DNA from: Candidatus Lindowbacteria bacterium RIFCSPLOWO2_12_FULL_62_27
Lineage (GTDB): Bacteria; Lindowbacteria; 2-12-FULL-62-27
Assembly (NCBI GenBank): GCA_001784175.1
Contig: MFPR01000035.1
Span: forward strand, 1 to 42,231
Reading direction: 5' to 3'
DNA length: 42,231 nucleotides
In this document: positions 36,744 through 42,231 of the stretch, one piece after another
Layout: each line of letters begins with the position of its first letter
Position numbering within the stretch: position 1 is the first letter of the stretch
Translations under genes and position numbers: made by a program
Notes under the pieces: model-generated
What the model was told of the DNA's origin: nothing
Database searches by the model: none
Seen by the model: only the letters and a program-made list of their open reading frames with translations

Positions 36744-39230
36744 TTACCCCTGGTTGAACACGGCTTCTCTCACTGGCTCGTCTATGCTCTCGAACCGGGA
36801 TGAACTCAATATTTCGGCGACTGCGCTCCTCGGTTTCGGATATCGCGGCGATGCGCCGAACGGCGATATTCGAATCACGTCCTTTGGTGGCGGCTCAAGC
36901 CATACAACCCAGTCATCAGCGAGTTTCCTTTGCGACATCAATCCGGCAGCCTCATCGAACAAGGCACGGTAAATCCTGGCGCGCCGGGCATCTTTCATCG
37001 CTTCGTATGCCAGCGACAGGCCACGGTGGGGATGAGCGTTGGAAGGATCGTCGGCGAGCGCGCGGTGGAAGCATTTAGCGGCATCGTGGTTCTCTCCCGC
37101 GCGAAGGTGGACTCCGCCGAGCAACATCCAGACATAGCTTGCGAATGATGAGCGAATTCCACCTCTCTTGCCCCGGCTCTTTTCAACATCCGATCGTGTC
37201 AGAAGCGGCCAGCGCTCGAAGACCGGCCGCATGGGCCGGGGTGACCTGGCGATTTCGGCGAGAACCTGATCAAGGCGGATTCTGGCATCGGCATCCCGTC
37301 CACGGAAAATCGCGATCTCCGCCAAGTACAGCCACGTGCGGACTTCATCGACCTTGACGTCCAGTGCACGTTGCGCGGCGCGCTCGGCCTGATCATACCT
37401 GCCCAGCAAGATGCAGAGCCGGACGATCCGGCGGATGTTGTGGACATCCGACGGATTGACCTTGCATCCGATATCCGCCCATTTAACAGCCTGTTCGTAC
37501 AGCCCCCGGTTGCGGAACGAATCCGATACCCATCCAATGGTAAATGAATTGCTCGGGTCGATCCGATAGGCCTTCATGAGGACCTTGTCGGCGCGACCGT
37601 TGTCGCCGACGTCACGCAAGACACGCGCAAGACGTTGAAGGGTGCGGACATTGCGGGGGTCGAGCCGGTGCGCCTTTTCCATCCATTCAAGTGCTTTGGT
37701 GTATTTTTTCATGCCTCGATAAACATAGGCGATCTGCCTGACCGCCCACTGATTTTTTGGGATAATCTGATGGCACTTCATGAACCACTGGATCGATTCA
37801 TCCCAGGCGCGCATATCGCGGCAAATATATCCCATCTGCGCTATTGTGCTCGCGTTGTCGGGGTCGATTTCGAGTGCGCGCTTAAGCCACTCCTTGGCCC
37901 GGGTGAAATCGTTTCTTTCACGCTCAAGGAACGACATTTCATTGAGATTGCCGACGTCACGGGGGTCAAGCAGATACGCCCTTTGGAGCCAACGAACGGC
38001 TTCGTCGAACCGGCCGAGTTTGCGGTTGACCTCGCCAACCTTTGCGTAACCGACAGGATCGGCCGGCTGGAGGGCGATGGATTTTTCCAGGAAGCGGAGG
38101 GCGAGTTTTTCGTCCACTCGCCACATTTCGATCGCGGCGATACGGTAGACATACGGATCCTTGGACCTGAGATTGCCGAGCAACCGCGCTTCGCGCCGCG
38201 CCTCATCCAGCCGCCCGCTTCGCCGGAGGATTTTGACAAGAAGCAGTCTGGCGAACACGGCTGTCAGCCTGTCCTCGATACATTCGCGGACCATTTCCTC
38301 CATCTTGCGGTCGGGGTTCAAAGTACCTTGCAGAGTCGCCATGCCCCAAGCGACCTTCCATATTTTTTGTCTCGGAAATTTCTCCGCGAATAATTTGTAC
38401 TGACCGATGACCGACGGCATTCCGAGTTCCTGGCGACATCGAATGTCCATCCATATCGCCGGAAGATAGGTGGGATGCGATTTGAGAACCCGGTCCAGTA
38501 AGAAAAGCGCGTAATCACTGTCGTATGCGTCAAATTTCCTGGCGGCCAGCCGGAAATAATAATCGTCTTTCGCTTCTTTTGCACGAGGAGCCGACGGGTC
38601 CAGAGAAAGATACTGGCCGACGATCGCTGTCCGCGCCTTGCGCTCGCCAATTCCTGAAATCCGCGCCACGGCCGGCGCCGCCAATGACGAAAACCTTAGA
38701 AACTCGTCCAACCTGCGCTGATGAATTTCCGGATCGATCAGTGCGATGGGGGGGCCCATTCTGGTCGAATCGACATTCCCGGCGTCTATGGCAGATCCCC
38801 CGCGGTCCAGGTAAGCCGTAACCTGACGCATGGCTGATGCGTGAACCGTCCCGTGGAATCTGTGTTCCAAGGAGAGAAGCGTTTCCGTCAGCATCGGGAG
38901 TTCAGCCCAGCATTCGACAGCCATCGGGATGTCAAGATCATTCTCTGCCGGGGGGATGCGAATATCACCGGGCGCAAGTTTATCCAGCCGGATTGTCACT
39001 GGGACGAGCCGGAAGGCGGGACCATCCGCCGAGCCATCTGCGCACACGGCGTGCGTCACGACAAAACTCAAGAGGTCCCGGCCGGACTTGACCGACCAAA
39101 ACTGTCCGGGCCGTATTGCGTCCGGTTCTGTTTCGGTCTTGGCCATCCGCCTCAACGTGTTTTTCGTGGTCATGGTGTTATCACTTCCATTGAGCGCGGC
39201 GCCGTTCAGACGGTACCGGCTGTTCTCCAT
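36744..39230 (-). CDS. Multi-TPR protein with an uncharacterised N-terminal domain
   Basis: Many 34-aa repeats (e.g. AKVGEVNRKLGRFDEAVRWLQRAYLLDP, AKEWLKRALEIDPDN); N-terminal IRPGQFWSV..VECWAELP domain. Confidence 0.88.
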   Translation of the reverse strand: MENSRYRLNGAALNGSDNTMTTKNTLRRMAKTETEPDAIRPGQFWSVKSGRDLLSFVVTHAVCADGSADGPAFRLVPVTIRLDKLAPGDIRIPPAENDLDIPMAVECWAELPMLTETLLSLEHRFHGTVHASAMRQVTAYLDRGGSAIDAGNVDSTRMGPPIALIDPEIHQRRLDEFLRFSSLAAPAVARISGIGERKARTAIVGQYLSLDPSAPRAKEAKDDYYFRLAARKFDAYDSDYALFLLDRVLKSHPTYLPAIWMDIRCRQELGMPSVIGQYKLFAEKFPRQKIWKVAWGMATLQGTLNPDRKMEEMVRECIEDRLTAVFARLLLVKILRRSGRLDEARREARLLGNLRSKDPYVYRIAAIEMWRVDEKLALRFLEKSIALQPADPVGYAKVGEVNRKLGRFDEAVRWLQRAYLLDPRDVGNLNEMSFLERERNDFTRAKEWLKRALEIDPDNASTIAQMGYICRDMRAWDESIQWFMKCHQIIPKNQWAVRQIAYVYRGMKKYTKALEWMEKAHRLDPRNVRTLQRLARVLRDVGDNGRADKVLMKAYRIDPSNSFTIGWVSDSFRNRGLYEQAVKWADIGCKVNPSDVHNIRRIVRLCILLGRYDQAERAAQRALDVKVDEVRTWLYLAEIAIFRGRDADARIRLDQVLAEIARSPRPMRPVFERWPLLTRSDVEKSRGKRGGIRSSFASYVWMLLGGVHLRAGENHDAAKCFHRALADDPSNAHPHRGLSLAYEAMKDARRARIYRALFDEAAGLMSQRKLADDWVVWLEPPPKDVIRISPFGASPRYPKPRSAVAEILSSSRFESIDEPVREAVFNQG

Positions 39231-39236
39231 CCATCA

Positions 39237-40412
39237 TTATGAATGTCCTTTTCCCGTAATATTCTGATACTCGTAGCAAATCCTGCAAAAATCACCGACC
39301 AGCAATTCCCGATACCTGTCATAGTATTGAGCGCCTCCACGCTCAATGCCGAGAACATTTCGAAGTTGTTCCATCGCGTTCCGGCGTTCCACGGTGGCTT
39401 GGGCATTCTGCAGACCCACGGTGATACCCAGACGCCGGGCAGACACCTTTTTCACACGCCCCGTCTTGGGATCGTGGTGCAAAGCCATAATCTCGATTTG
39501 TCGGGGCGTCAGGAAATTACCCGAGTGGACCAATCGTTCCAAGTATTCGACATGCCGCTTGTAGTCGACTGCGTCCTGAAGATCAAACGGATCCGCTTCA
39601 AGATCGAGCAAATTCACTTTTTTGGCCGGGTCGTCCGGATCCGGCCGTTCGGCCGGTACGAACGCCGGGTGGCGTTCGTCGAACAGACCCTTGATGATAT
39701 TGCAAAGTGTAGATGTACCAAGGCCGACATTCTTCCGCTCGTAGATATTGCCCGCAACGTCAAACGCTGCCTTGACGATTTCGGCGGCGTATCTCGGACG
39801 AAATTCCCGTATCCGGCTTGCTTGAAACCACGCATCCAGCCCCCGGACGAGGCAGGCACGCGCATTGGAATCCATGGGGACGAGCGGCATTCGGACTCTG
39901 GAGGCCAGAACATACATGCGGTCGGACGCTCCATGCAGGTCCACCGACCCGCTGACGGGGATCAGTTCCCCCTTGGAGGCGGCCATCTTGAAGGCTGTGG
40001 CAATCGGTTTATAGACCCTTTGATTCTTTCGATGAGAACCTTTCATGCAGCGCTCGGCCACCGTCTCCAGCGTCATCACGAACCGGCCCGCTCGGGTCTG
40101 CCCCCGACGCCGGTATTCAGGCGCGATTTTTCTGTTGCGGCCCTTGTAGCCCCTGTAAAGAACCTCCTGTGCGGCGTCAAGGACGTCCTCGTCGGTCGGA
40201 CCGTATACCTGAACATCATCTCTTTGAAACCGCCGCCAGATGCGTCTGACGGTCTCACGGTGCAATTGAACAAACCACGGAGTCGAAAAATCGGCGGCAT
40301 CCGCACTCTTAAAATACTCCTCCACCAATTCCTCGAACTGAGTGTTCGGTATCCGAGACCATCGATGTAGTCGTTGTGCTATTCGTTGGCCGCCTCCTGC
40401 CATCGTCTGCAT
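39237..40412 (-). CDS. Hypothetical protein, possibly a highly divergent sigma-like regulator
   Basis: DEDVLDAAQEV (region-2-like) and LTPRQIEIMAL..SARRLGIT..RRNAMEQLR (region-4-like); ends 6 nt before the TPR gene. Confidence 0.55.
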   Translation of the reverse strand: MQTMAGGGQRIAQRLHRWSRIPNTQFEELVEEYFKSADAADFSTPWFVQLHRETVRRIWRRFQRDDVQVYGPTDEDVLDAAQEVLYRGYKGRNRKIAPEYRRRGQTRAGRFVMTLETVAERCMKGSHRKNQRVYKPIATAFKMAASKGELIPVSGSVDLHGASDRMYVLASRVRMPLVPMDSNARACLVRGLDAWFQASRIREFRPRYAAEIVKAAFDVAGNIYERKNVGLGTSTLCNIIKGLFDERHPAFVPAERPDPDDPAKKVNLLDLEADPFDLQDAVDYKRHVEYLERLVHSGNFLTPRQIEIMALHHDPKTGRVKKVSARRLGITVGLQNAQATVERRNAMEQLRNVLGIERGGAQYYDRYRELLVGDFCRICYEYQNITGKGHS

Positions 40413-40491
40413 AGAACAGGGACATTATTACGGAAACACTCAACTATCAAACCCGTGCAACTCTCTCATTCCGTTTTACCCGTGCGGCGTT

Positions 40492-40865
40492 CTACCTCTT
40501 TCCTCCGCCACCGTCCCGCGAAGCATTCCTCATGGCAGAGATGTCTTCCGCCATCAAATCCAAATAAACTCCAGGGGCGTATTTATCCGGCATTTTCAAT
40601 AACAGCCAATCGAACAGCCGCTCGGCTTTCAAATATTTGCCCAGTTCACAATAGCTGGCGAGGATTCCTCTCAATGTGGCGTGGGCTTCAAAGTCTGAAC
40701 AATCAGCCTTTGATGGTGGGCGATGTGTCTCCCACAACTCAAGCGCGCGTTTGAGTGTCACCTCGGCCAGAGCGAGCTTGCGCTGCTTAAAATAGATGAA
40801 TCCGAGGTCCGTCAGTTCATGGCGGTGTTCCTCGCCAGACCCAACAGTCTGGCTATTTTTTGATC
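40492..40865 (-). pseudogene. 5'-truncated TPR protein fragment
   Basis: The frame reads ..GEEHRHELTDLGFIYFKQRKLALAEVTLKRALELWE..YCELGKYLKAERLF with an in-frame stop upstream and no proper start. Confidence 0.5.
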
Positions 40866-41032
40866 TTCAGCGGGCGCGCACTCATCACCAAAATCAAATT
40901 GGCTTGACCCGGTTGAACCATCTCCGTCGTTTCCCCTTCCCGAGGCTCCTTCAATGGCACCACTTTGGAAAACGATGTACCTCCTGCCTGCTGGATATCC
41001 ACGATCGTCTCTCCCCTTTCGGAAGACAGTGG

Positions 41033-41248
41033 GAGGGGGTCAGTTTCAAATTGCCACAACACCCACTTTTCGGGAGCGTTCCAGGAAAATCTCGAATTGT
41101 CCACGTTTTCCACACTTTCCACTCCCCCCTCCTGCACCTCCCCCCTTCGAATGCTGCTGGTTCGCGCAGCTCTCAAACCCTTAAAACCAGCCACAGAGGG
41201 GGTCAGATTCGATTGACGAAAGGGGTCAGTTTCACATGGACGATGACA
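41033..41248. mobile_element. IS21-family-like terminal repeats without a transposase (remnant)
   Basis: gagggggtcagtttcaaattgccacaaca (41033-41061) and gagggggtcagattcgattgacgaaaggggtcagtttcacatggacgatgaca (41196-41248): tandem ggggtcag boxes ending in ACA. Confidence 0.6.
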
Positions 41249-41559
41249 CCTGGTTGCTCCGCCTCTACGAGGGTACCGGCGATTCGGCCAAAGTCGCCGA
41301 GCTGTACAAACACAAAAACCTCAGCGCCACTCCGCCGACCGACACCTCCGCCCAGCCGTACCGCGAGGCCTTGCTGGCCGGCCCAGAATCGCCGGCGCCG
41401 ACCGGGCAGGCGGTGCAGGGACGGCTGATGCCATGATCAATTCATCGGCGAAACCCCGAATATCCGAATTTCATGTTCGGTTCCGGCCCGGCTCTCCGTT
41501 TACATCAATGGAAGGCAATCCGGTCTTCCCGGACAACAGGGTCCTCAAGGAGCCCCGCG

Positions 41560-41697
41560 ATGTGGAAGGTACTTGGATTTCTCGTGATGCTGTGCGCTTA
41601 CGTCGTCGCCGGACTGTTATGGTTCGGGCTGTATGTGTACGTCTTTCCATTGATCGGGTTTGTGTGGGCCTGTCTCACGGTGCGTCTGCCCCGCTGA
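41560..41697 (+). CDS. Small membrane protein
   Basis: AAGGAG RBS; hydrophobic MWKVLGFLVMLCAYVVAGLLWFGLYVYVFPLIGFVWAC. Confidence 0.5.
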   Translation: MWKVLGFLVMLCAYVVAGLLWFGLYVYVFPLIGFVWACLTVRLPR

Positions 41698-41725
41698 GCC
41701 GGAAAAAACGAGGAGGTGAACGACC

Positions 41726-41944
41726 ATGGGCTTTTTCAGCAGTCTGTTCGGTCTGTTGGCCGGCGGCAATCCGCCCGACGACGAGGACATCCCGAAGGGC
41801 CAACTCTACGACGGCGACATCAAGCAGGCTTTCTGGAAACTGAGCAAGGAAGAATACGGCGGCAAGAGCGCCTATTTTCAGCACATGAAGCAGGACATGG
41901 ACCACTACGACGAGGACTCAAGGGAGGAGGACGAGGAGCCGTAA
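41726..41944 (+). CDS. Small acidic hypothetical protein
   Basis: AGGAGGT RBS; MGFFSSLFG amphipathic start. Confidence 0.7.
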   Translation: MGFFSSLFGLLAGGNPPDDEDIPKGQLYDGDIKQAFWKLSKEEYGGKSAYFQHMKQDMDHYDEDSREEDEEP

Positions 41945-42036
41945 TTTTTACGGCCGGCATGTTCGGTTTTTCGCTTCCCGTTCGTTTTCCTTAATAAGAA
42001 GGGCAACAGAGCCCAAAACGAAAGGGAGGTGGCGAC

Positions 42037-42231
42037 ATGCTGTTTTTCAAACCCAAAAATCAGAAGGCGATCGGGATCGATCTTGGCACATCACGGTCCG
42101 GAATTGCGGCGGCGACGGTGGACAAGGAAAAGGGGTTGGACGTTCAAGCGCTTGCCGTCGGCGAGGGCAGTTCAGGCGGGGAGTCGTATCGGATCCCTTC
42201 CGTCGTCGTGTGCAGTAAAACCACGGGGAAA
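42037..42231 (+). CDS. Hsp70/DnaK-family protein, N-terminus only (runs off the window)
   Basis: GGGAGGT RBS; MLFFKPKNQKAIGIDLGTSRSGIA..YRIPSVV. Confidence 0.8.
   Translation, partial: MLFFKPKNQKAIGIDLGTSRSGIAAATVDKEKGLDVQALAVGEGSSGGESYRIPSVVVCSKTTGK

Noticed and set aside
39243-40370. 375-aa plus-strand ORF and other long antisense ORFs (e.g. 19493-20368, 28948-29769, 37635-38393)
   Set aside because: Shadow ORFs opposite better-supported minus-strand genes in GC-rich DNA.
709-42231. Prophage
   Set aside because: No terminase, capsid, tail or lysis genes are recognisable despite the recombinase.

Overview
Bacterial accessory or defence-type island, almost entirely on the minus strand, with no rRNA, tRNA or CRISPR array visible. 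The left end has a large serine recombinase whose 3' end runs into a duplicated, structured repeat. It is followed by a soluble VirD4/TraD-like ATPase, a divergent sigma-like factor, a wHTH protein and three phosphoesterases, one of which closely resembles the eukaryotic lariat-debranching enzyme Dbr1. The middle has pseudogene fragments, a GmrSD-family nuclease on the plus strand flanked by 19-bp inverted repeats, an AddAB-like helicase-nuclease pair, and a 6.7-kb nuclease-rich insert bounded by 37-bp direct repeats, in which an IS256 element splits a NucS-like nuclease. The most unusual part is a closely spaced minus-strand gene run (about 30.1-40.4 kb): sigma-like protein, TPR protein, a ClpX-type ATPase fused to a flagellar FlhA cytoplasmic domain, an FlhB-C/FlhA-C/DUF6745-like triple fusion with its small RQGDV partner, and an N-terminal-Thr proteasome-like protease. 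No membrane export-gate or other flagellar genes are present in the window. The right end has IS21-like terminal repeats between truncated genes and the start of an Hsp70-family gene. All family assignments come from motif recognition by eye, not database searches.
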